Assembly: GCA_951406725.2 (NCBI GenBank)
Contig: OX597826.1
Span: forward strand, 36,518,001-36,582,000
Direction of reading: 5' to 3'
Origin: Octopus vulgaris
Lineage: Eukaryota
DNA: 64,000 nucleotides
Below, piece after piece: positions 26,453 to 38,679 of this stretch; position 1 is the first letter of the stretch; every line of letters starts with the position of its first letter. The position numbers and the translations under genes were made by a program. The notes beneath the pieces are model-generated. The model did no database searches and was not told where the DNA came from. It saw nothing but the letters and a program-made list of their open reading frames with translations.

Positions 26453-26670
26453 TGGAAAGTTCCTGGCTTTGGATAAAAAACGAAAAATACAGGAGGATCA
26501 GTTAATTATGATCTTTATTCAACATATTCCCTACTCAGATTCACACACTTATTGCAGTGGCCCTTCAGTTTTTCTGAGCCCTGTAAAAGAACTCAGAAGG
26601 TCGGGCCTCCCGCCAGACCTTTCGTAGTACTCTCTTAAAACCAGGAACTTTCCAGCCACCCCCACATGTA
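26453..26670. mobile_element. mariner-type MITE
   Basis: Inverted repeats tggaaagttcctgg and ccaggaactttcca; ends at a TA. Confidence 0.65.
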
Positions 26671-27087
26671 TCTGAATATGGATGTGATTGCTAAGGATGA
26701 AATGTTTTTCTTCATACATCTTTTTGATCAGAGTTGATCTGAGAATACTTTAAACAACAACAGCAGCGGCTATAGCAGCAGCATCAGTAGCAGCAGCAGC
26801 AATAGCATAAGCCCTTCACTATACCAGGTTGTCTTGTAAACCTGTTTCATTAGATTTTTCTAAATCTGAACAACTTTATATGGTTTTGACTTCTTGCAAC
26901 CATTCTGATCTGGTCTTTGTTATGTTCAACCAAGAACTGACAATTATTATCTCATTTATATCTGCATAGATAAATATGTTGCATGTAACGTTATAACTTA
27001 TATTTTTCTACATGAAAAGATATCTAAGGAAAAATATATCTGTGCAAATATATGCATAGATTAGAAAACTATATCTACTTACATACA

Positions 27088-27142
<55 letters not shown>

Positions 27143-28521
27143 TAATATGCCTAAGCATAAGGTGTGTATGGGTGTGTGTGTGTGTGTGTGCCATTGCATC
27201 ATATAGTTAAAACAGCTATATATATATATATATATATATATCTGCATTTAGACTATTATTAATATATATATATGGAGATAGATAGATACATATATAATCA
27301 TACATAAATATATTAGACAATCATGTGTGTGTGTGTGTGTGTGTGTGTGTAACTGCACATATATGTATTTATAATTTTTGTAACTATGTACATGGTCTCC
27401 ACATATATGTGTGCATATAGAAGAGAGATGGATGCTTTCGGATCACAGAGTTAAAAGTATTTCCTTGTACAAAACACAACAAAAGCCTTAACAAATAAGT
27501 GTAGAATGTCAAAGAGACAAAAGACAAGTGAAATCACAGGAATGGCCATTATAACTTAACACTTGCCAACAGAAGATAAAGAAGAAATCAATCATTAGAT
27601 CAAATCAGAAAACTAATCACCCTTAAAGAACAGCGATGCTTCACGATGTCAAAAATGTCTGTTTCCGTCAAAGAGCACCATTTTCTTTTGATAAAGCAGT
27701 GAAGCAATATAGAAAACATCAATTTCAAAATATCAATGTGCAATTTGATTTATGGTCATTCAGTGATGGCTTCTTGCTATACAAATGTAAAAACATGCTT
27801 TTTTTTATATCTAGTTTGATTTTTGTCTTTTCATCTTTTTTTTCTTTTTACTTTCGTTTTGCTTTTCAGCATGAAATGACAAGGAAATACTTCTTGAAAT
27901 CTTCTACAAGTAAGATCAAACCAATTAGTTATAGTAGGAACGTATTGAAATGGTTTTCTTGAATTCTCTGGTGATATTTTACATGATTACACCAAGTTCC
28001 TTCATACTTTCTCATCTAATTCACTGAACCATTACATGACAAGCAATTATCAAACAAGCTTCTTAGAGAATTTGCTTTTTATGTGAAGGTATATTTACTG
28101 AGCATATGAAGGATTGGTTTGCAATTATCAAAGATGCTGGGTTGAATTTCGATCATTAAAGGCTTTGTTTATGCCTGCTTATATCATGCTATAACGCCTT
28201 TGTTAACAGTTAGCAACTTCAGCATGTCATTATTTGTAACAAGAAAGATATCATTGACATTCCTCTCTTTTCTTTTTCACAAAAGAGATCATCTCCCATT
28301 ATCTAACTGGATTTGAGACACCAACCTCTGTTCTTTATAAACTGTTTCACAAAGCTTTGAATAATATTAAATTGTAATTAAAATAAAATACATGAACTTT
28401 TCAAAAACTCACGGAAACGTATTTGATTTAACTCGGATGCATCTTTGTTGTTTTATATTTAAGGTAGGAGAGAAGGCATTGCTAAAGACCCTTTATAGAG
28501 ACTGCAGGACCGGTGGAAAGC

Positions 28522-30878
28522 AGGGACTGAGAGAGGAAGTTGTCCTTAATCCAGAAAACTTGCTGAAATGATTGCAGCACAGTGGGGAACACTAAAGGCA
28601 GTCACGATGCCAGATGGTTGTGTTAAACTGTGAAATGGTTTAAGCATACAAGCAAGTAGGCCACAATAGGATTTGAACTCAGAATGCAAATGGCCAGAAC
28701 AAATACCAAAAAGTATTTCGTATGACAATCTTACTGTTCCTCAAATTCCCCATGCTGGATGGTTGCCCATTTTATCAGCACCGAAAAGTCAAGGGTTAAA
28801 TTTGACTTTGGTGATAAAAATGAAAGCACAAATATCATAATTTATTTTGTTACAGGAGATGACAAAGGACATAATCTAAACTATTGTTCTGAGCCAGTCT
28901 CTTTCTCTTACAGAGACATCTACAGAAAGAGAAGAATTGGCTGTTGAAGATCCTCAATTGTTACAGCATTTGTACTAATTCTTATTGAACTTGGCCATTT
29001 TAGAAATTAAATGTCTTGGTTACAGCCTACAGGATGCAAACCACCAACTGTTACCCTCGTTATCCTGTTTGATACCCTATTAATTTTACCAGGAGTTCTC
29101 TTAGATTAGTTATACATGCAAATGAAATGCAACGAGGCAAAACAAAGTTTGTACAGGAAGAAGTTCCATTAAATTCCGATTCATAATATGAATAAAAATA
29201 CCATTAAATAGAATGGATAAAATCTCATTACTTTCAAGTTATTGAATTATTCATTAAGTTAAATTAAGTCCCCAGGAAAGAAACCAGAACAAAGTTCTAG
29301 CATATTCTGGAGTCTAAGTTGTGATTCTGACTGCAGAATGACAACATAATAATTGTACAAAAGAAGAGACATTACAAAGAATTGAAACCAGAATTACAGA
29401 AGTAAAAGAGAAAAAAATGAAGACATTGGGGAGCGGGGATTATGACCAAAAAAAAAACACTTTAGAACTGAATGTGACCAGGAGTGGCTGTGTGGTAAGT
29501 AGCTTGCTTACCAACAATATGGTTCCAGGTTCAGTTCCACTGCATGGCACCTTGGGCAAGTGTCTTCTACTATAGCCTTGGCCTGACTGAAGGCTTGTCA
29601 GTGGATTTGGTAGATGGAAACTGAAAGAAGCCCGTCGTATATGTATATATATGTATATGTTTGTGTGTCTCTTTGTCCCAGCACCATCGCTCGACAACCA
29701 ATGTTGGTGTGTTTACGTACCCGTAACTTAGTGGTTTGGCAAAAGAGACAACAGAATAAATACTAGGCTTGTAAAGGTCGATTTCTTCGACTAAAGTTGG
29801 TGCTCCAGCATGGCCACGGCCAAATGACTGAAACAAATAAAAGAAGAATAAAAGAAGAACACAGTTATTTAGTATTGAAACAACCGTAATAATGTTGGTG
29901 TAATAGTAGTGACACTATCAATGAGTTCATAGCAAGAAAGAAACCTGAAATAAAAATAAAAGATGAGAACGAATAAGTTGCAGGATAAAATATGAGAATA
30001 AAACTTGAAGATAGAAAATTACTTTATAATAATACAAGGATATGAAAACGATTCAAAGTGGTGCATGCTAATGAAAGGAACTAAGTTGGTGCCGAAAATA
30101 ATTAAAGCTGAGAAATTAGAAATGGTAATCGACTTTATGCCTCACCCAGAATTGCTGGTTTTGTGCCAAAATTTGAACCCTATCTGTGTTTGCAAGAATT
30201 AGTTCATAGGAGAGTTAATGAAATCGTTTGATTAGTTCCATTGGGAATACTCTGTTCTGGGATCTTGCTGCTCATAAATAAAGAGAACCCAGAATACTAT
30301 ATTTTACATGGCAATAACAAATACTTGAACAGGAAGATTAGTTTTCTGTATCTATTGGATTGCTCATGGAACTGGAATACCATTCTCATCAATAATTTAG
30401 TTGAGAGTTACATATCAGAGGCTGTAATCCACCCATCAAATACTGTGGTAAGATCAAAGGAAAGCAAGCATTTAATAAACGTACATATATCTTTGTAGAA
30501 ACAGCAGTAGAGACAGCTATTGTCATTAGTAAATTGGTAGGTCTGAAGATCAAACATTATGTGTGTCTACATCAAAAGAGACAAATGAATTACATTCTTC
30601 TATCACCAAAACAACACAGTTGGATCATACAGCATCTTTTTAGCTCTGTCATTTTCCTACACCCTCAACTTTACGTTTGGGACATACACTGTGGTATTTG
30701 TTCTGGCTATTTGCATTCTGAGTTCAAATCTCACTGTGACCTACTTGCTTGTAGGCTTAACACATTTTACAGTTTAATGCCACCATCAGCCATCATGGCT
30801 GTCTTTAGTGGTCCCCACTCTACTGCAATCATTTCAGCCAGGTTTTTGGATTAAGGAGAACTTCCTCTCTCAGTCCCT
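28522..30878. repeat. Diverged ~190-bp inverted repeat pair (28522-28715 and 30690-30878)
   Basis: agggactgagagaggaagtt..ccttaatcca matches tggattaagg..aacttcctctctcagtccct; the ORFs at 28546 and 30534 end in similar peptides (AIISAxFLD). Confidence 0.85.
29480..29858 (+). mobile_element. SINE family A copy
   Basis: ggagtggctgtgtggtaagtagcttgc head to gactgaaacaaataaaag tail. Confidence 0.9.
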
Positions 30879-31791
30879 TCATTGCTGACTTAAATACATA
30901 TCTGCTAAATGGGTCAGGCAAATATCCACCTTAACTTAGAAGGTACTGTTGTCCAGTTTCATATCAATCTAGGACATTCCGACCCACGAGCAGCAGCTGC
31001 TTTCTGTGTATAAATCCCAAACAACAGGTGAACAGGTTCAAATATAAAATGGGGTAAAAAGTATAAAGTGAAAGTAAGACATTTGTTTCCACAACTTTAA
31101 CTAACCAATATGACAAATCTTAAAGACATTTGACAAAATTTCAATTATTTATGCAAAATACTATTCATTCAAATGAATTTTGTTTTACAATAAGTTAATC
31201 AGCAAAATGCTTATAGTAATGTCACCACAAAAAAAAAGAAAGAAAGATACCCACATATATATATATATATATATATATATTGCGGATGATTTTTGAATTG
31301 CATCCGTAATGAAGTCATAGATGCACAACAAAACCTTTTAATACTTTATAGAACTTTCCAGACTTTTAACGGTAGTAAAACTTTTTCTAAAAAAAATTAG
31401 AATTTTCCACGACACACTAAGTTTTATTTGCACTTAAATATCACATCAACAGTTACGTGTGATGTACTTAATCATACACATTTCTGTCAGTTCTCAAATA
31501 TATTTCACAGTTGGTTCGATTTGACTTGGATACTCACTTCAAAATTTATTGGTGACATACAAAAGTGCTGCAATGCAAAGCTTGAAAACCATTGTTTCAG
31601 AATATAAAATAAGGTATCATAAGATATATATTTATATATAAACAACTTATAAATAAGGGCAAACGGAAAAATTTCTAATGCCAACTATGCCGAAAATTGG
31701 ACATAGTGTCCATTACCATATAATTTATCACAATACATATGCTACTCGAAAAAAAGCTGACAGATATTTCTAAAATATTCCATTATTACCA

Positions 31792-31844
31792 TATCGGACC
31801 GATTTCAGGGTTAGTTCGTAAGAACCCTCCCTTCTTCAGTGATA
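31792..31844 (-). ncRNA. Minimal type-I hammerhead ribozyme motif, both core boxes intact
   Basis: Minus strand reads tatca-CTGAAGA-aggg-agggttcttacgaactaa-ccct-GAAA-tcgg-TC-cgata: stem I tatc/gata, stem II aggg/ccct, GUC triplet. Confidence 0.75.
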
Positions 31845-32139
31845 AATGTTATAAAGAAATAAATGAGATACTCATACCCATGGAAGAAGCAAAACACTAA
31901 GTCATGAGCACAATTAAGTACCCCAAATCCATCCAAAATCGAAATACTCCAGCCCATTCAAGACACGTGCGATTTGAACTGAGGCTCTCACAGAGTGAGA
32001 GAGTGCAGAAGTGAAAACTTAAATTTATATTATATCATTAAATATATATATATATATATATATATAATACATATATTATATCATTAAATATATGTATATA
32101 TATCATAAGATACATACACACACACATACATGTAAACAG

Positions 32140-32380
32140 CATGTCCTGATGCCATGTATAAAACACCCATGCTGGTGCCATATAAAAAGCATCTGTACTG
32201 GCGCCACATATAAAGCACCCTGTACACTCTGTAAAGTGGTTGGCATTAGGAAGGACATCCAGCCATAGAAGCCATGTCAAAACAGAGAACTGGAGCTTGC
32301 TGCAGCTCTCCAGCCTTGCCAGCTCCTGCCAAACTATCAAACCCATGCCAGCATGAAAAACACACATTTAATGATGATGA
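32140..32380 (+). mobile_element. SINE family C copy
   Basis: gtggttggcattaggaaggacatccagccatagaa...cccatgccagcatgaaaaa followed by a (GAT)n tail. Confidence 0.75.
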
Positions 32381-33119
32381 TTATCTCCGAAGTCATTTAT
32401 ATATATACATATATATATATATGTACTTAATTTATCGACCCCAGAAGGATGAAAGTCAACGTTGACCTCAGTGAAATTTGAACTCAAAACATAAAGATGG
32501 ATGAATTGTTTCTAGTTTGGTGTGGAAACAATTCTGTCCATTCACCACTTTAATCTGAAATATATAATGAAATGTTATTTTTAAGTTTAGACAGCTCAAA
32601 CCCAGAACATTAACCACAAGGCATAAGTCATTTATTCTTAGAATATTCAAACAACTATGCTAATTAGCCACTTTTATTTCATGATGCTCATTATGAAAAT
32701 TAATTATAAAAACAGATTCTATTATTTCTGAATTATTTTCTTAACACTTTTACTGATTATCTTACTAAGTACCTGAGGAATAATTTCACATCTTATTTTC
32801 TAGGAACCCTGTATATGACTTGATTTCCAACAACTAGACTGTTTACAATTCTTTTTCCTTTTTTCTTTTTTTTTGTTCATTTTTCATTGTAATCATTATT
32901 TTGAAGGGTTTTACTAAAATTTCTGTAATTTAATATATTATCATATTGCAATAGTGTTGATCAACAGAAATCCCACAACATCATTCTTGTTGTAATGAGA
33001 TTCGAGTTGAGATTTTCCTTTAATTAGGATTACTTTAGTGTGGTTGGTCTCAAGCAGGTTAGGATTAAAAGTGTAACGTAATTAAATGTTAAACAATCTC
33101 TCTACAAAAACGGTTGGCA

Positions 33120-33440
33120 ATTTCAATTGTTCCTATGAGAGCTTCTGTTCCTTGGAGCTGTCTGGTCTTTTATTTCCATCATATACACACCCCAGACCTG
33201 TTTGGCATTCTACCTCTCATATTTCTTGTTGTGTCCAACCTCACCTAGCACTGCATTAACAACTAGTTTTGGTCCTTTCTTCCCAGAGCATCAATCCTCT
33301 AGAATCTTTTTCCTGCTCATATCTTTCCTGCACATTTTAATCTTCAACAGCTTAAATGGAAAATTAACAGCATGAAGCTCACCAGTCTTGGAGGATCTGC
33401 TAAGGTCATGGTCATTTCTATTTCTTCCACACTCAGGGAA
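33120..33440 (-). mobile_element. Highly degraded RTE-like LINE 3' fragment
   Basis: Purine-rich minus strand with residual RTE-like 3' text; no intact frame. Confidence 0.35.
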
Positions 33441-33569
33441 CTAAAAAAACAAAAAGACATTTTACAACTTCTTCATATAAATTTTGTCTTTCAAACCCTT
33501 GACACCCTCTTACATTATAAACTTGCAAATTTACAAATAAAACACAAGATATACTATATTGAAGTATTT

Positions 33570-33935
33570 TTTCTACTCTAGGCACAAGGCCTGAAATTTT
33601 GTGGGAGGGGGCCAGTCAATTAGATTGACCATAGTATGACCATAGTATGGTACCTAATTTATCAACCCCAAAAGGATGAACGGCAAATCAACCTCGGCAG
33701 AAGGTAGATTTAAATAGTGCTACACTACAAAGTTGGTGAGCCGGCAGAATCATTAGCACACTGGGCTTTGCAGCATTTTATCTGTCCTCATGCTCTGAGT
33801 TCAAATTCTGCTGAGGTTGACTTTACCTTCACCCTTTCAGGGTCACTAAAATAATTACCAGTTAAGTACCAGAGTCGATGTAATTGATTTATCCACTTCA
33901 TCAAAATTGGTGGCCTTGTGCCAAAACTTAAAACC
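33570..33935. mobile_element. Inverted pair of family-B SINEs (33570-33705 -, 33730-33935 +)
   Basis: aaaggatgaacggcaaatcaacctcggcagaa vs ttctgctgaggttgactttaccttcaccctttc. Confidence 0.75.
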
Positions 33936-33953
33936 AATATTGTTACCCTACAG

Positions 33954-34123
33954 CACCGTTTCTCAACTAGGGTTCTCTGGAACCCTAAGGTTCTGAAAAA
34001 ACTTCTTAGGGGCTCCGTGAGAAAGAGTGAGATAAGCTAATGCTAATTTCATAATTGCAATATAACTATACATGCACAACATATTATTGGTTATTGTAAT
34101 ATTGTAACATTGTAATATTACAA

Positions 34124-34157
<34 letters not shown>

Positions 34158-34400
34158 GTATATTGTCAGACCCCAAAACCTGTTGGCCTAAAATATATGA
34201 TATTTACCATGTGAACTACTATGAAAAAATATGAGAAAGATACAGTATATAATTTACATTATTTACATTTAACAGATATTTGACCTCATCTTGTTTGTTG
34301 TTAACACAACATTTCAGCTGATATACCCTCCAGCCTTCATTAGGTGTCTTGGGGAAATTTCGAATCTGGATTCTCATTCCTAAGGTATGTTTCGATGTTG

Positions 34401-34443
<43 letters not shown>

Positions 34444-34616
34444 CATTATTATTATTATTCAGGTCGCTGCCTGGAATTGAACTCAGAATCTTGGGGTTAG
34501 TAGTCCGCACTCTTAACCACTACGCCATAGTAAATAATTTTTTTTTGTGCAGGGGTTCCTTGAGACATGTAAATTATTTTAAGGGTTGCACAAGGGTAAA
34601 AAGGTTGAGAAACACT
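33954..34616. mobile_element. hAT (Charlie-like) MITE containing a nested ribozyme-bearing SINE
   Basis: Ends caccgtttctcaac and gttgagaaacact; internal gggttc/gaaccc subterminal motifs. Confidence 0.65.
34250..34528 (-). mobile_element. tRNA-head + (TAA)n + hammerhead-tail SINE, copy 1
   Basis: Minus strand has A-box TGGCGTAGTGG, B-box GAGTTCAATTCC, (TAA)n, then acac-CTAATGA-a-ggctg-gagggtatat-cagct-GAAA-tgtt-gtgt at 34304-34347. Confidence 0.85.
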
Positions 34617-36304
34617 TCCCTATGCCAATACCATTCCCAAATAATGGTAGGTTCCAAACTCTACAATATCTGTTCATCAGTCCTACAATATATGATCGGA
34701 TTTTGCTATCTTATTGTTTTATAGAAGAATCTTTAAAAAACCATGGCTTTCTGGTTGATTATTGAAATTATGTTGTGTTATGTATGATATATCGAATATT
34801 TTACATAATGACAACATCATTTCTACATTTAGAAAGTGAAATCATAGACACGTTGAATTTCCAGTGATTTATCATAGAATTCCTGCTGAATATAAAGCAA
34901 CCATTTCCTATCATGGCCTGTCACCCCCACCGGCCACCACTTCCTACAAGAACTCTGTTTATAATATAAAATGATTTAAGTGTTCTTCATTGTAGCTTCG
35001 TCCATCTGTGAGGAATATAATTCCTCAATATATAAATCAACTATTAACTATGAAAATTTACAACAGAAATTTAAGTTGATGGATGGAAATAGACAAGCAA
35101 AATATTCAATATAATCTAGATAAATCCTTACAAATACATTTTCTAATATTTGTATGTTTGTATATTCTATGTAAGGGGTGTATTCATATGTATGTCTTTG
35201 TGTGTGTGTATGTATGTATATGCACGTGTGTAAGTTTATGTGTATGTATGCTTTCATGTGTGTGTGAGTGTGTATGAGATGGTGTGTCTGTGTGTGTGTG
35301 AGAGAGAGAGAGAATGAGAGAGAGAGATATAGTAAGTGTGTGTGTTGTGGCTAGAAAGATCAAAGTTTGTTTAACAAATAAAAATATATATTCTTCTAGA
35401 ACTTCTGACTCCACCCTATCAAGAAACCAGACAAGTTTCTTCCTTCAGACAATCATTCAAAGATCAGTCAAATCATTTTATTCCAAATGAATTCTTCAGT
35501 TTCAAATATTCTATTCAGATATTCATTTGACAAATTTTATTTTATATTTTTGGTTCGGTTTTGTTGTTTGGTTCCAATTTACTGTTCTTCATATATTCAT
35601 GAAACCAATTTTCAACCTCTTTCTAACTACGGCCTTGACAGGTCACTAGTTAGTAAGACATGTATGCGTGTGTCTGTCTGCATGCGTGTGTCTATATGTG
35701 TGTATGTCTGAGTATGTGTACAGCTGTGTATGTTTGCACTTTGGTGTAAATATCATTACACTATAATATACCACAAAATATTTCAATTCCACTTTAGTTT
35801 GTAACAGAGGTCAATATCAGAATTCAATAGCAATGAATGGTAAAAATTTCAATGCAACTTCACTGATAGAAGTATGAAGATGTATTTGAAAATATCTCAC
35901 TTTCTGTATGAGGATATCCAAAATTATCCTTAATTCATGGATATGAAGAGAACAGACATGATTCAATTCTATCAGCATGAAATTACACCCTAATTCTTCA
36001 GTTTTCCTTATATTTCTCTAGTCTTGGCATTTGGTCTTCTGACATTGTGACACAGATAATGCAAGAAACTTCCACCAGGATGGTCATTCTGTTGCATATG
36101 TTGTTTTGACTCCTGTCCATCTGTCCTTGTGCATTTCAGGTTTTCCTGGAATGCTTGAAACTAGATGTTCTTGGATCAAGCTCATTTGCCATTTTCCTTC
36201 TTCCTGTGTCCATTCCTTGTTACCTTTGCATGCTGTGTGTCTGGCAGCTGCAAAGTATGACCTGTTAAGCCAAATCAATGCCAATGTTTGGTAGCACCTG
36301 AAAA

Positions 36305-37100
36305 GCAGTGATCTGGCGGAATCCTTAGCAGCATTTTGTCCATCTGAGTCCAAATTCTGCAAGGGTCATTTTTGCCTTTTAACCTTTTGCCCCTCACCCA
36401 CAAAATTGCTGGCCTTTTGCCAAACTTTGAAGTCAATTTTTTGTAGTGACTGGAATCACAAAATGTTGATAATTTTGATTTTATATACTAAAAATAATTC
36501 TGTCTAACAAAGGCACAAGACCTGGAACATGTGGTGAGGGTGTGTTGATTACATCGACCCCAGTGCTTGACTGGTACTTTATTTATCGACCCTGAAAGGA
36601 TGACCAGCAAAGTCAACCTTGGGGAATTTGAACTCAGAATGTAGTGACAGACAAAATACTACTAAGCATTTCACCCTGCTTGCTAACGATTCTGCAAGCT
36701 CAGAATAATAATACTACTAATATTAATAAATTTTTTTTCAATAAAGCCACAAAACCTGAAATTTGGGTGAGAAGGGTTTGTTGATGACATCAACTCCAGA
36801 ATACAGCTGGTACCTATTTTATTGACCCTGAAAGGATTAAAGATAAAGTCAACCTCAGTGGGATTTCCAATCAGAATGTAGCGACAGACAAAATGGTTAG
36901 CAGCATTTTGTCTGGTGTGTGAATGATTCTGTCTTCTAGCTGACTCATGGCTTCAAATTTTGGCACACAGCCGGCAATTCTGAAATAAGGAGAAATTCAA
37001 CTACAACAACACCAGTTCTCAGCTGGTCCATATTTTATCAAATCCAAAAAGATAAAAAGGCAAAATTAATCTTGATAGAATTTGAACTCAGAATATGGTG
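36305..37100. mobile_element. Cluster of family-B SINEs (one + at ~36305, three - at ~36505, ~36735, ~36950)
   Basis: Repeated gaaaggatga..aaagtcaacct..gaatttgaactcagaat motifs. Confidence 0.75.
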
Positions 37101-37263
37101 AGTCAGAAAATGACTTCCAGGGTAAATACATGCACCCAGGTTTTTACATTGTTCTTGTCTGCCTGCAGTAATATTCTTTTCTATTCCAGGCAGAAGGCCT
37201 GAAATTTGGGGGAGGGGGCCAGTCGATTAGATCGACTCCAGTATGCAACTGGTACTTAATTTA

Positions 37264-37522
37264 CATTATTTGCATTTGACAGATAATTGTCCTCATCTTG
37301 TTTGTTGTTAACACAACGTTTTTAGCTAATATACCCTCCAGCCTTCTTCAGGTGTCTTGGGGAAATTTTGAACCTGGGTTCTCATTCCTAAGGTATTTTT
37401 CGATGTTGTTGTTGTTGTTGTTGTTGTTATTATTATTATTATTATTATTATTCAGGTCACTGTCTGGAATTGAACTCAGAATCTTGAGGTTACTAGCCTG
37501 CGCTCTTAACCACTACACCATG
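37264..37522 (-). mobile_element. tRNA-head + microsatellite + hammerhead-tail SINE, copy 2
   Basis: Minus strand has tggtgtagtgg A-box, gagttcaattcc B-box, and acac-CTGAAGA-a-ggctg-gagggtatat-tagct-aaaaa-cgtt-gtgt at 37311-37355. Confidence 0.85.
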
Positions 37523-37626
37523 GGCATAAATTAGTCATGTCCTTACTGGTTTAAAAACTATACTGCTATATTGAAGTGGGCGTTATAATAATTTGATATT
37601 AAGGATTACAACTGTTGTAATCCTTA

Positions 37627-37702
37627 ATGTCATAGTAGTTAAGAGCACGGGTTACTAACCTGAAGACTCCGAGTTTGATTCCAGGCACTGACCTGAATAA
37701 TG

Positions 37703-37760
<58 letters not shown>

Positions 37761-37949
37761 CAACAACATTGAAAAATACCTTAGGAATGAGAACCCCAGT
37801 TCGAGATTTCCCCAGGACACTTGATGAAGGCTGGAGGGTATATCAGCCGAAACATTGTGTTAACAACAAACAAGATGAGGACAAATATCCATCAATTGTA
37901 AAAAATGTAAATAATGTACATAATTCCTCATCTCTTAAATATAGAACTG
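37627..37949 (+). mobile_element. tRNA-head + (TAA)n + hammerhead-tail SINE, copy 3
   Basis: Degraded A-box, gagtttgattcc B-box, (TAA)n, and acac-TTGATGA-a-ggctg-gagggtatat-cagcc-GAAA-catt-gtgt at 37817-37860. Confidence 0.85.
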
Positions 37950-38341
37950 GTACTTAATTTATCAACACCCAAAAGGATAAAAGGCAAAGTCGACCTCAGC
38001 AGAATTTGAACTCAGAACGTAAAGACATGAAATGCCTGCAGTAATGTTGGTGCTAAGCTGCATCAGAACTTGCCTTTCTCTTGGCTAAGATTGGTGGCAT
38101 GGAAAGATGAGACTCACATCAACAGGAAACTGCTATTCTTCTGTATGATCTTGTGTGTGCCTGACCCCCTGGAGAGGGCCTTTCTATATACATAGACATG
38201 GTCAACCCTGATGACCATTAGGTGTCAATAAGCCACTACTAAAAGGTTGAATGTCATCTGCTTTTAGCAAGTTACAGGACATTAAGTAGCCCTCTGTGTT
38301 TGACCAATCCATTTCTACAATACAATACATTTCTGAGAAAG

Positions 38342-38679
38342 TACTTGTGGCGACATTCACCCTGGGCGGGTTGAGTCGGCATCTTCTACTCATGGAAGAA
38401 GTTTCGTGGGAATATGTGGATTTCCCAAGCAGTCCCCAACAATCCCGCATGTGGAGACATCCTGTCCGCCGCAGATTGTCTGCAGACGCAGGGACAGAAT
38501 GACTGAGGAGCCGCTGATTGCCAAAGCAGACACTGTGAGGATTTTCTGCTGGTTTGTGGCCCTAATGCCACTCAGTGTCAGACCAATCTGCCTTGGGAGG
38601 CCCTACCAGGAACCGAAGTTCTGACACTGCCCGTTGCCAGCGTCCCCACCATGGTGAGGAGGGAATGGACTATGGGGAC
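38342..38679 (-). mobile_element. RTE-clade LINE 5' UTR-like fragment with 15-bp target-site duplication
   Basis: acatttctgagaaag at 38327-38341 and 38680-38694; GC-rich insert with cctggtagggcctcccaaggcaga, which I recognise as RTE/Expander 5' UTR-like. Confidence 0.65.

Larger units (their letters stand above)
37175..38030 (-). mobile_element. Family-B SINE split by a ~680-bp insertion
   Basis: Left half ends aactggtacttaattta (37247-37263); right half resumes with the same 17-mer (37945-37961). Confidence 0.8.

Noticed and set aside
27636-27962. 108-aa ORF with a hydrophobic stretch
   Set aside because: The hydrophobicity comes from a T-rich tract; no homology or splice support is visible.
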